Part shown: positions 1 to 11,911 of the stretch, one piece after another
Numbering within the stretch: position 1 is the first letter of the stretch
How the letters are laid out: each line of letters opens with the position of its first letter
Assembly (NCBI GenBank): GCA_038087875.1
Contig: CM075980.1
Location: 27,714,001-27,778,000 of the forward strand
Direction of reading: 5' to 3'
Source of the DNA: Malacoraja senta
Taxonomy: Eukaryota
DNA: 64,000 bases
Program-made: the position numbers and the translations under genes
Notes under the pieces: model-generated
Told to the model about the DNA's origin: nothing
The model's database searches: none
The model's input: the letters and a program-made list of their open reading frames with translations, nothing else

Positions 1-154
1 CCTATCTTTAACGCTCCCTGTGTACATCAGAGCCTGTCGTTATGCCACAGACCTGGCTGCTGCAGCTCTTTGAAAAACCGTCTCCTCCAACAGAATCCAA
101 AACTGGACACTATTCTTCGACATAATACTATATATGTTATTATGCTCTGTATTT

Positions 155-283
155 GTTTAAGAAAGAACTGCAGATGCTGGAAAAATCAAAAATAGACAAA
201 AATGCTGGAGGAACTCAGCGAGTGAGGCAGCATCTATGGAGAGAAGGAATAGGTGATGTTTTGGGCAGAGACCCTTCTTCAAT
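155..283 (-). mobile_element. Penelope-end repeat fragment
   Basis: gaactgcagatgctgg...actcagc...gcagcatctatggag...acccttcttca. Confidence 0.7.
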
Positions 284-908
284 CTTAGGTAATAAACTAC
301 TCTTGGGCAGATGTTTAGAAATGTTACTTTCAAATGAACAGATATTTAAATCTCTTACTGCCTTAGCATTACATCACATCAAATTTCCTACATAGGGAGA
401 AACTTAATTTATACTGCAACTTAAATGATTGCAGAAGGCAATTACGGTCCGATCTTAAAAGGTGCAATCTCTGTTCTCTATCAATTTGGCAAAATAAGAC
501 AAAAAATAGCAATGTGATAATGACCAAACATTTTTTTCAACGTTGCTGGCTGAGATCAATATTGCCCTGAACACCTGCTGTTCTTCATGTCATGGGATCT
601 TTTCCATCCATCTTGGGAGGAAGATGGGACTTTGGTTTAATGTCACTTATGAAAAATGGCATCCTTGCAGGCCCATAATTCACAGCACTGCTCTGGAATG
701 TCATCATTGATTTTGTGTTCAAGTAACAGTTATACAAGAGAAACATGTCAACACTACAGAAGTGTTCCCTAGATGTTTGGTTGGTAGCTCCGATTATTTT
801 TAAATGTTAAAATAAACTTTAGTTTAGGATGACGAGATTTGTAAAAGCACATTTTTTTGTCATCACATCCACACAAATAACAATGCAGCAAAACACTAAA
901 TATTTATT

Positions 909-983
909 GTTTAAGAAGGAAATGCAGATGCTGGAAAATCGAAGGTACACAAAAATGCTGGAGAAACTCAGCGGGTGCAGCAG
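909..983 (-). mobile_element. 75-bp Penelope-end fragment with 15-bp TSD
   Basis: CACTAAATATTTATT at 894-908 and 984-998; insert matches the family at 155-281 and 18371-18530. Confidence 0.8.
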
Positions 984-1344
984 CACTAAATATTTATTAT
1001 TCTGTTTTGATCTTTAATATTTTTGTGGTTTCAAATATAGTAACATCAAATATGATAGCAGATGTGTATTATCATGAATGGTTTTGGAGCTTTCTTAAAT
1101 CCTATGTACTTCCTCCATACTTAGATATTTCACTTGGTGGAAATTTACTACTTCATATCACATTGCATAATTACTGAACAATTACACTAGGAAACATCAA
1201 AAAGCTCTTGTTCCCATTTTGATTTTGTATTCATTTAGAATAAATTACACATAACAGATCTGTCTTAGTCTACAGAACACTCAAATAAGTTTCCAAAATG
1301 GAAAAAAATCTGAAACAAGTCCCTTTCACTTTGAGCACCTACTA

Positions 1345-1545
1345 CTGAAGGAACTCAGTGGGTCAGGCAGAGTCTGTTGAGAGGAATGTTTAGACGAGGT
1401 TTTGGGCCAGGAACATTCCTAGAGTCTGAAGGGCACCGACCCGAAACGTCGACTATCCATTCCCCTCCACAGATGCTACCCGACCTGCTGTGTTCCTCCT
1501 ACTGTTTGTTTTTTGTTCAAGATTCCAGCCTCTGCAGTTTCTTAT
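1345..1545. mobile_element. Inverted pair of Penelope terminal-repeat fragments with a degenerate hammerhead core (1426-1450)
   Basis: ggaactcag...CTGAAG GG caccga CCC GAAACGTC...gatgct...ctgctg...ctgcagtt. Confidence 0.6.
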
Positions 1546-1844
1546 GTCACCACTTAGTTTAGAGATTATTGAAAAATGTTTCTTATATAAATAGCGATTA
1601 AGGGCCTATACTCTTGGTTTTGGAAAAGAATGAAAGGTGATCTCATTGAAACATAAAACATTCTGATCAGGCTTAGCAGGGTTCTCTTGGCTGGGGTACC
1701 CAGAAACAGGGATCAAATTAAGTATGGATGACATTTAAAGACAGAATAAAAATGTCTTTACCTGCAGGATAGTAAATAACTGAAATTCTCTCAAGAAATG
1801 TTGGAAGCAGTCACCCAATGTACTTTATTGAAAGGTATAGCCTA

Positions 1845-2133
1845 GTAACAAGCCCTTCAGCCCACCGAGTCCATGCGGACCATCCATCACCTGTTCACAC
1901 TAGTTCTATGTTACCCCACCTTTACATCCACTCTCTAAACACTAGGGGCAATTTATGGAGGCTAACTAACCTACAAACCCACATCTTTGGATTGTAGGAG
2001 GAAACATAAGCACCCGGAGGAAACACCCAGTCACAGGCAGAATGTCCAAACTCCACACAGGCAACACCCGACGTCAGGATCGAACCTGGGTCTCTGGCGC
2101 TGTGAGACAGCAGCTCTACCAGCTGTGCTGCCC
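1845..2133 (-). mobile_element. tRNA-derived V-SINE (HE1-like)
   Basis: Box A/B-like ctggtagagc / ggttcgatcc, V-domain gtgtggagtttg, CR1-like tail; duplicate at 45625-45913. Confidence 0.8.
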
Positions 2134-2358
2134 TCGACGATAAAGACATACAGATTTTTAGATATTATTAAGGGACCCAAAGCATAAAAAGTTAGTACGG
2201 AAAAGCAAGGCTGTGAATCAAGCGGGAACGAGGGGCCAAATGGCCAAACCCTCCTTCCAGTTCAAATTTCATTGGATACTTAGTGGCACAAGGTCATCTC
2301 CTTTAGATGTTTTTCTACATTGAAGACAATTTATATCAACGTGTTTTTATTTATTTCC

Positions 2359-2578
2359 AAATTCACTGTTTGCTATTTAGTGAGAAATTTATGTGGTACT
2401 TTATTTAGTGCAACTTTGGTCATTCAATGTGATATCTAAGTTGGTGACAGATATCAAATTTCTGTTATAAAACAGAAATTCGATATCTGTCACCAACTTA
2501 GATATCACATTGAATGACCAAAGGTGCACTAAATAAAGTACCACATAAATTTCTCACTAAATAGCAAACAGTGAATTT
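2359..2578. repeat. Near-perfect 220-bp palindrome (108-bp arms, 4-nt loop)
   Basis: Arms 2359-2466 and 2471-2578 are reverse complements with 2 mismatches; duplicate at 46139-46358. Confidence 0.97.
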
Positions 2579-3784
2579 AGTATTTTAAAAAGCTTTAAAA
2601 CAGATGAGTACGGTATTAAAAGCCTCAAGCTACACCCACATTTGCAATATAGTTTTAGGAGAGGTTTCCTGAAGGATATTGCAGATTTCCAATATCTGCA
2701 GGGTTTTCTATTTTCATTCCTATGGATAGATTTAGAAGCTGCTACCAATAGTTAAGGAAATCTTCATACTGCCAAAATCCTTTGCTATTAACTACTATGC
2801 TTTTGTTCAACCATAATAACCATTGGATTCCATGAATTCATAAAAATATTTGACTTTTTAATGAAAATCTAAAATAATTGCAAGTGCTGGAAATCTGATA
2901 TAAAACAGAACATTTTGAAAACACTGAAGACGCCAGACAGCATCTGTCAAAAGAGAAAACAAATTTACATTTCAGGTCAAATGCCCTTTCTCAGAACTAC
3001 GATAAAAAATAAACCAGCCAGCTGTAAGTTTCAGTGAAGTCTGGTGAGAAATAGACCAGCCAGAAGAAATATCTCTGATAGGCTGAAGATGGTGATAATC
3101 TGTTGATTAAACCATCTGGGGGGAGGGGGAGGAGAGAGGGGGGAGAGGGGGGGGAGGGAGAGAGGGAGAGAGGGAGAAAAAACAAAGGTACGTGTGGAAA
3201 TTGAGAAATACTAATTTTGAGCTATAGGAAATGCTCATCTGTGGTAATGGGCAGTGAAAACATGCAGCACATTTTTTTATGATGGTCCTGATCCTGCTGG
3301 TTTGATTCTACTGAATTTAATGACTACTCACAGTCCTCCATGTCCATTCTTATCTAGTCCAGACACAGATGCCAAACTTGCTGATCTTATGCAGCCCATA
3401 GTCCAGTGACTTGCTTGCAAGTTCTGACATTGCACAGTTACTGCTGGAAGGAGTACCCTCCTCTGGTACATTGGAGCAGCACATGGACAATGTTGTTGTT
3501 TTTATAGAAAAGTTATATTGAATTTGGTGGAGAAAGATTACATTTGTCCATTTCTATGCAAGTATATTTTTGATGGCTGCCTAACAATCTCTCATACTTA
3601 AAATAAACCTTTAAAAGATCCTTTTTAATTAAACTAAAATTAGTTTTGTTTATTCTACTTTAGAAACACAGCGTGTAAAAAGGCCCTTCAACCCGAGTAC
3701 ATGCTGACCAACGATCATCCGTGCACTAGTTCTATCCTACACACTAGAGACAATTTATAGAAGCCAATTAACCTACAAAAGTCT

Positions 3785-5176
3785 AGGAAGGAACTGCATA
3801 TGTTGGAAAAACCAAAGATAGACACAAAAAGCTGGAGTAACTCAGCAAGACAGGGAGCATCTCTGGAGAGAAGGAATGGGTGACATTTCGGGTTGAGACC
3901 CTTCTTCAAACTAGTTAGGGATAAGGGAAACGTGAGATATAGACGATGATGTAGAGAGATAAAGAACGATAAATGAAAGATATGTGAAAATAGTAACGAT
4001 GATAAAGGAAAGGCCTTTGTTAGCTGGTTGTTGGTCGAAAACAAGAAGCTGGTGCGACTTTGATGGGGGAGGGATAGAGAAAGAGAGAGGAAATGCAGGG
4101 GTTACTTGAAGTTAGAGAAATCAATATTCATACCACTGGGCTGTAAGCTGCCCAAGCGAAATATGAGGTGCTGTTCTTCCAATCTGCGTTTAGCCTCACT
4201 CCGACAATGGAGGAGACCTAGGATAAGAAAAGTATGTGTGGGAATGGGCAGGAGAATGAAAGTGTTTAGCAAACGGGAGATCAGGTAGGTTCAGGCGGAT
4301 TGAGCGAAGGTGTTCAGCAAAATGATCTCCCAGTCTACGTTTTTGCCTTGCCGATGTATAAAAGTTCACATCTTCAACAACGGATACAGTAGATGAGGTT
4401 GGAGGAGGTTCAAGTGAACCTCTGCCCAACCTGAAAGGACTGTCGGGGGCCCTGGATAGATTCGAGGGAGGAGGTATAGTGACAGGTGTTGTATCTTTTA
4501 CGGTTGCAGGGGAAGGTACCTGGGGAGGGGATGGTTTGAGTGGGAAGGGATGAGTTAACCAGGGAGTTGCGGAGGGAACGGTCTCTGCAGAAGGCGGAAA
4601 GGGGTGGCGATGGGAAGATGTGACCAGTGTTAGGATCCCATTGGAGTTGGCAAAAAGTTGAGGATTATGTTTTATGCGACAGCTGATGGGATGAAAGGCA
4701 AGGCCTAGGGGGACAGTCTCTGTTGCGACTAGGGGGAGGCGGAGCCAGGGCAAAGCTGCATGGTACCGAGGAGACACGTGCGAGGGCCTCATCTATGATG
4801 GGAGGGTGGAGTCCCCACTCCCTAAAGAATGAGGACATCTCACAAAGACTATTCCCTACTCCCAATTCCTCCGTCCACGCCACATCTGCGCCCAAGATGA
4901 GGTATTCCTCGCATGGATCACCTCATCTTGGGCGCAGATGCAGTATAGGCAGAGGAATTGGGAGTAGGGGATAGAGTCTTAGCAGGAAGCATGGTGGAAG
5001 AAGTGCAGTCGAAATTGTTGTGGGAGTTAGTGGGTTTGTAATAGACGTCAGTTGATAGTCTATATCCTGTGATGGAGACTGTGAGATCAAGAAAGGGAAG
5101 GGAGGTGTCATTGGTTCCATCCTGCACTCAAATTTACTTTGACAATCTCCGATACCTTCCTCCCCTTTCTTGATCA
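3785..5176 (-). mobile_element. 5'-truncated Penelope-like element (RT C-terminus, GIY-YIG endonuclease, terminal repeat)
   Basis: SLPFLDLTVSITGYRLSTDVYYKPTNSH (RT thumb); KRRLGDHFAEHLRSI..HFHSPAHS and KLEEQHLIFRLGSLQPSGMNIDFSNFK (GIY-YIG C-terminus); frameshifted; duplicate at 47565-48956. Confidence 0.88.
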
Positions 5177-5516
5177 GCTTGCTCTCAACTTATTTTTTTC
5201 TTTTCCACTTAAATTCACTGTCCATTCATGATCTGACCGAGCTAAAATTAAAATTTTCAAAAAACATTTCCTGGTTCAGACTCTTCCTTGCTAAACAGTG
5301 ATCCTTGAATGCAATTGGTTATAGAGATCAAGAAGTTTGCAATTATGACGAGTCCCTGTTCCTCTACTGTCTCGTGCCAAAATGGCTTTCTAATCACAGG
5401 ATTATCCACAGAAATTCTGTAGGCAAATGGAATCAATAGCTGGCACAGTTCGTTTGTCAATAAATATAAAATTTGCACCACTAACTTGGCCTTTCGGAAC
5501 CTAGAAGAAAACTTAC

Positions 5517-5641
5517 CTTCTTCAAAGTTTCTTCAGCTGTTGAAAAATTTAGATTTTTGACAAATAATGTGCATCCTGGAATACATTCATCCTCTTCCTC
5601 ACATGAATCATTTTCATTTGTTGCTAGTACATCTTGATCAT
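5517..5641 (-). CDS. RBM19: RBM19 internal exon (acidic linker, start of RRM5): (D)DQDVLATNENDSCEEEDECIPGCTLFVKNLNFSTAEETLKK
   Basis: ttttgcag acceptor, gtaagt donor, 125 nt, phase 1 to 0; RNP2 LFVKNL. Confidence 0.93.
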
Positions 5642-7224
5642 CTGCAAAATATGAAAAATTTGCTCAGTTTCTATTTGCCATTTTCTTATTGTTAACATCT
5701 AATAATTATTTGCCAAAATAAATGGCAAGGAATGTATATACCAGTGCTCTTTTCATTCTGCTGACTCACTGATTTACAGTGCCTAATATTTGATATTTGA
5801 CATTTTAGTTGATTCCTTCAAAACAAGTACCTTGTCCTTAAACAAGAGCAAAATAACTTATCAATTGAAGTTGAAACCTTGCAATGTCAGTAGAACTGGG
5901 CAAAATGTATCTGTCAAAACTTGCATAGTTATATAAAATAATTTTTTTTTTTTACTTGCTTTTTCATTCCATACCTGTCAAAGCCAAGAACTGCTTAACA
6001 GACTAATTCAAAATTAGATAGGAAACGCAGTCAACTATTTGGTAAAATATTGTTGTGTACTGCAGTTCAATCTTGTCAGTAGTAATGAGCACAAGTGTGC
6101 AGAATATCTTTTTGACAGCCTTGCACAATATTAAATAAAACACGCTTGGAGGATACTTGCCAAAAGCCAGAGGAAATAGTTGAGGCAGATAAAATAACAT
6201 ATAAAAGTCATATTTTTTTATTTCCCAAAATAATCTTTATTCAGATGTGGACAGGTACGTTCTAACATGTACTTAACTATCTCATGATCATTATGGTTGG
6301 CTCTTTGTAACAAGTAAAGGCCTAAAATAATCTATGTGAAAAATAAATGTATCTTTAAAATATTAACATTCACTGAACATTTTCTGAAGCAAGCACAATT
6401 GCAAGAAAACCTCTGTAAATACAGAAATTAATTCTTAAAAACATCAGAAAAATTAAACCTGCAGTTTGGATTTACAAGAAAGGCATGCTGGTCACGATTT
6501 TGGAATATCTGCACTGAAATCTCTATAATGAAGAGACACCATCAAAGGAGAGTTAAGCGTTACTTGGTTGATAGATATTACCCTGGACTATGAATTTTAA
6601 CTTGCCTGCTTACACTGAGTTTGACAGTCAAACGTTATCTCTGTGCTGATTGATGCTATTTTTGTTAAATGTTAGTTAAGTTTTATCAAGAAAATGTCTC
6701 AGGTATCAGTTGAAGCCATTCTTTCTCAGGCCAGTTAAAATGACTTCAATGTGAGTTCAGGAGTGCTCAATGAGGCATGGATGGGTTAAAATGTATAGTG
6801 CATATCTACCTTGTTCGGAACAAAGTGGTAAACACCCTGTTCTTGTGTCGGATTTTGTGCAGCACAGCAAAATACCAAGATACAGTTACATTCGAGTACT
6901 TTTACTTTTTACAAAACACCTTGCATCTTCATGTAGAACAACGGCTTGTGAAATTTCATTGCTAAAATCAGCCATGAATATTCCTGAACCGAAGGAGAAA
7001 TATTTAGAATGACGATCAATGCTATTTTGAAGAAATTGCTTAGTTGAGTTACAAATAAGGTGGAGAAAATTGCAGAGGACAAAATACTTAAAAATTGAAT
7101 TGCATGTTTTACAAATCTTTTTAGCTAAGACAGTGAGGTGTTAGTTAAGCATTTTCTTTCAGGATTGTTTGTTATGGCAGTGAGAATCAATTATTATCCT
7201 ACGAACTGCAGTGACAAATAAGTT

Positions 7225-7572
7225 GTTTAGTTTATTATCCTCACGTGTAACGAGGTACAGTGAAAAGAGGTGTGTTGCGAGCTATCCAGTCAGCGAAAAG
7301 GCTATGCATGAATAAAATCAAGCCATCCGCAGTGTAGATACAGGATAAAGAGAATAACGTATAGTGCAAGATGAAGTCTAGTAAAGTCTGATTAAAGATA
7401 GGCCAATAGTCTCCAATGAGTTAGATGGTAGGTCAGGACCGCCCTCTAGAAGGTGATAGGACAGTTCAGTTGCCTGATAACAGCTGGGAAGAAACTGTCC
7501 CTGTATCTGGAGATATGCGTTTTCAGACTTCTGTACCTCTGGCCAGAGGGGAGAAGAGGGAGTGACCGGGGT
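7225..7572 (-). mobile_element. Rex1/Babar-like LINE 3' fragment
   Basis: LLPSGQRYRSLKTHISRYRDSFFPAVIRQLN followed by aataaactaaac tail. Confidence 0.75.
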
Positions 7573-8991
7573 GAAACCAATGAATTTAGGTAAGTTATCA
7601 AACTGCTCAGTTTCTCTTTTCTCCCATGTTCACCATTACAAATTAACAAACACATATTTAACCTAATGCATTGCCGATTTTCTTGTATCAATTATTTGCA
7701 CACAGGACATTAAGGCCTCTTCCTTTAAGATTATGTTGACCAGATTTTTGACTTGAGCAATCTAATGTTCCCTGCTAGACAACTTTTAAATGTTAACCAA
7801 AACCTCAAACTATCCACACTGCAGATGAGACGAATACGGTCTTTGCCTTCAGCAAGGATGGCCTCATTAAAATTGGTCATTGCAATACCTGTGTCAGTAA
7901 CCTCATAGAAAAGCAAGCGCAACACAACCAGTGGCTAAGGTCATTGTGTTACAAATGTTATACACTTGGCTCCTGTTGGCTAGAGTTCAAGATAGCTGTA
8001 ACACCTTGCAGCTTGCCATCCACAGTTGAATAAGGAAACCCAAATTTTAACAGATACATTTTCACAATTTTGTGAAGATTCGAGGCTTTCACAAAATGTA
8101 GGGTGCCATTGGCTATCACACAAAAGCAATGCATGTTGTCTCTGAAATATAATCCAAGTTTAAATGATTACATTCCCTCAATAACTAGCTTGTGCAAATT
8201 GCTGTCTGTGCCCATTTAGGGAAGTTATACAATTTAGTCCCTCAGGAAATATAGAGAAACAAATTTGGAGTTATCTGAAACTGTTCAAGTTGTAATTTGC
8301 TAAGTCACAAGACTTGGCACATTACAGCCCTCAGGACTTAACAGTGAATTCATCACTTTCAGATAACCAGTTTTTGCACATTGCATAAGAACTAGCCAGT
8401 TTTGATTAGAAGTTATCAACCTGAGATAATTCTGTTCTTCTCTTTGCAGATGCCACCTAATCTGCTGAATATTTTCTAACATTCTCTCTTTTTACTTCAG
8501 ATTTTCATGATCTGCAGCCTTTTGGTTTGCAAGTTTGTGTTTTAAAATGTCAGCATTTTGTTTTGCTTAATTTCTTTCTCCTGTTTTAATTCATATCAGT
8601 ATACCTAGAATTTCTCAAAGCTCCTTATCAGCAAGGATCACCAGTACTTGCATCAGCCTCTCTCTTGCTCGCAATCCTACCAATAAAATCCCATTGTTCT
8701 CTATTTCTTAGCTTTCTTTTAAACTGAAAACATATTTGATTAAAGAACTTTTCTCAGCTCTTTTGAAATTCCACTAACATTAAACCCCTTAGTTGCCCAT
8801 GACCTACTGAATATTTCCAGAATGTTATGTTTTTCTATCAGTATCACCAACTCATTTTATAGCTGTTTGTTGAGAGGGATGTGATCCATGGCAATAGTTG
8901 GACTAATTAAGATGGTAACCAGATAAGAAATAGCAGGTAGGGCCATGTTGTCCTCCCAGGCATTCAGTAAAATAATGGCTGATCTGATATT

Positions 8992-9318
8992 AGATACATA
9001 GATACATAGAAAATAGGTGCAGGAGTAGGCCATTCGGCACTTCGAGCCTGCACCGCCATTCAATATGATCATGGCTGATCATCCAACTCAGTATCCCGTA
9101 CCTGCCTTCTCTCCATACCCCCTGATCCCCTTAGCCACAAGGGCCACATCTAACTCCCTCTTAAATATAGCCAATGAACTGGCCTCAACTACCCTCTGTG
9201 GCAGAGAGTTCCAGAGATTCACCACTCTCTGTGTGAAAAAGTTTTTCCTCATCTCGGTCTTAAAGGATTTCCCCATTATCCTTAAGCTGTGACCCCTTGT
9301 CCTGGACTTCCCCAACAT
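8992..9318 (-). mobile_element. CR1 LINE 3' end, same subfamily as 26930-27470
   Basis: RTRGHSLRI..FFTQRVVNLWNSLP; octamer tail; duplicate at 52762-53088. Confidence 0.92.
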
Positions 9319-9721
9319 CCACAATATTGGCCTCAGCTCCATTCTTCTGCTTGTTTCCTATGATCTTTAAACCAAAAATCTGTCTTTCTTAGCCTTGGAT
9401 ATATTCAACAATTTTCCAACACAGCTCCTGGGATACTAGCAAATTCCAAACACCGACCACCCTCTGAGAGAAGAAATTCCTCATCTCATCTTAAATCAGC
9501 AACTCTTTGTTCTGAATATAGACCCTATATGTCTCATGAGTATTAACATCCTCTAAGAATCATCCCTTTCAAATCACCTCAGAATTTTGCTTCAATGACC
9601 ACCTTTCACTCTTTTAAACTTCAAAGAACCAAAGAATACTGATTAAATTTGCACAATCTTCCTTCAAATACAACTTCATCACCTAGTGAACCTTCTTTGA
9701 CCTGCCTTCAATGTGTGGATA

Positions 9722-11308
9722 CAGTGCATCCAGAAAGTATTCAGACCCCTTCACTTTTTCCACATTTTGTTACGTTACAACCTTATTTTAAAATGGATTA
9801 AATTCCTTTTTTTTAATCATCAATCTACACACAATACCCCAGGATGAAGAAGTGAAAACAGATGTTTAGAAATTTTTGCAAAGTAATTCAAAAGAAATAA
9901 TTGAAATATCACATTTACATAAGTATTCAGACCCATTGCTATGACACTCAAAATTGAGCTTAGGTTCATCCTGTTTCCATTGATTATCCTTGAGATGTTT
10001 TTACAACTTGGAGTCCACCAGTGGTAAATTAAATTGATTGGACATGATTTGGAAAGGCACACACCTGTCTATATAAGGCCCCACAGTTGACAGTGCAAGT
10101 CAGAGCAAAAACCAAGCCATGAAGAAAGAATTGTCCATAGACCTCCGAGACAGGATTGTGTCGAGACACAGATTAGGGGAAGGGTATAAAATAGTTTCTG
10201 TAGCATTGCAGGTCCCGAAGGGCACAGTAGCCTCCGTCATTCTTAAATAGAAGAACTTTGGAACCACCAGGACTCTTCATAGAGCTGGCCGCCTGGCCAA
10301 ACTGAGCAATCAGGGGAGAAGTGCCTTGGTCAGGAAGGTGACCAAGAACTCGATGGTCACTCTGTCAGAGCTCCAGAGTTCCTATGTGTAGATGGGAGAA
10401 CCTTCCAGAAGGACAACTATATCTGCAGCACTCCACTAATCAGGCCTTTATGGTAGAGTAGCCAGACGGAAGCTACTCCTCAGTAAAAGGCACATAAGAG
10501 CACACTTGGAGTTTGCCAAAAGGCATGAGAAATAAGATTCTCTTGTCTGATGAAACCAAGATTGAACTCTTTGGCCCGAATGCTAAGTGTCACGTCTGGA
10601 GGAAACCAGGTACCGCTCATCACCTGGCTAATACCATTCCTGCGGTGAAGTATGGTTGTGGCAGCATCATGCTGTGGGGATATTTTTCAGCGGCAGGAAC
10701 TGGGACACTAGTCAGGATTGAGAGAAAGCTGAATGGAGCAAAGTACAGAGAGATCCTCGATGAGTGTTCTGGACCTCAGACTGGGGCGGAGGTTCACCTT
10801 CCAACAGGACCAGGACCCTAAGCACACAGCCAAGACAACGCAGGGGTGGCTTCGTGACAAGTCTGTGAATGTCCTTGAGTGGCCCAGCCAGAGCCCGGAC
10901 TTGAACCCGATCGAACATCTCTGGGGGGACCTGAAAATAGCTGTGCATCGACACTCCCCATCCAACCTGACAGAGCTTGAGAGGATCTGCAGAGAAGAAT
11001 GGGAGAAATGACCCAAATACAGGTGTGCCAAGCTTGTAGCGTCATACCCAAGAAGACAAGGCTGTAATCGCTGCCAAAGGTGCCTCAACAAAGTACTGAG
11101 AGTAAAGGGTCTGAATACTTATGTAAATGTGATATTTCAGGTTTTTTTTAAATTACTTTGCAAAAATGTCTAAACACCTGTTTTCGCTTTTTTATTATGA
11201 GGTATTGTGCGTAGATTGATGATAAAAAAAAAAGAATTTAATCCATTTTAGAATAAGGCTGTAACGTAACAAAATGTGAATGGGTCTGAATACTTTCTGA
11301 ATGCACTG
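9722..11308 (+). mobile_element. Full-length decayed Tc1 (DD34E) DNA transposon with IR/DR termini
   Basis: TA-CAGTGCAT...ATGCACTG-TA; TIRs of about 210-220 bp, each with two AAGTATTCAGACCC direct repeats. Confidence 0.96.
10119..11099 (+). pseudogene. Tc1 transposase pseudogene
   Basis: MKKELSIDLRDRIV..., SDETKIELFG, FQQDQDPKH...SPDLNPIEHLW (34 residues between second D and E); several in-frame stops and a frameshift. Confidence 0.95.
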
Positions 11309-11824
11309 TATCTCTTCATGAGAACAGGACTATACGCGGTATTCTAGATGCGGTCCCACTAATGCCCTTCAGAGCAGGACTTCCCTATTGTTATAGTCCC
11401 TCTCCTTTGCTTTGCCAATTAGCGTCCATTTGCCACTTTCATTATTTGTTGCACCTGCAGGCAACTTTGCTTTCCAGTAGGTATTCTGGTATTGCATTAA
11501 ACGATAGATATCAAGTGGTATTTTCGCTTTGAATATTCATTTTTGGTTACTTAAGTTTGTTTTCAAATAAGGTGCACTTCCTGTTAATAATACATGCAGA
11601 AATCATCCAGAACAATGCTATATATCAGTATTTTTTTCAAAGTATATTTCAATCACTGGTGGTGCATGTTGATTAACTTGTCTAAATCAATTCCTTATGA
11701 GGTATCACAGCAATCATAAAATTGTACATAGGTCAATACCCCATTTTAATGCACGACTTCCAAAGGCATTTGCCAACATAATGTATGTAAAAAAAATTAA
11801 AATTTTCATTCTTGGAATGTGCAG

Positions 11825-11869
11825 GTGTGTGTCTGTCTGTGTGTGTGTGTGTCTGTGTCTGTGTGTGTG

Positions 11870-11907
<38 letters not shown>
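11825..11907. repeat. Compound (TG/TC)n(TA)n microsatellite
   Basis: Direct reading; 4 bp shorter in copy 2. Confidence 0.95.

Positions 11908-11911
<4 letters not shown>

Noticed and set aside
2070-2133. tRNA gene
   Set aside because: Box A/B-like motifs belong to a SINE head; no full cloverleaf.
3117-3181. G/A purine tract as a functional G-quadruplex or triplex
   Set aside because: Simple low-complexity tract next to a decayed repeat; no independent evidence of function.
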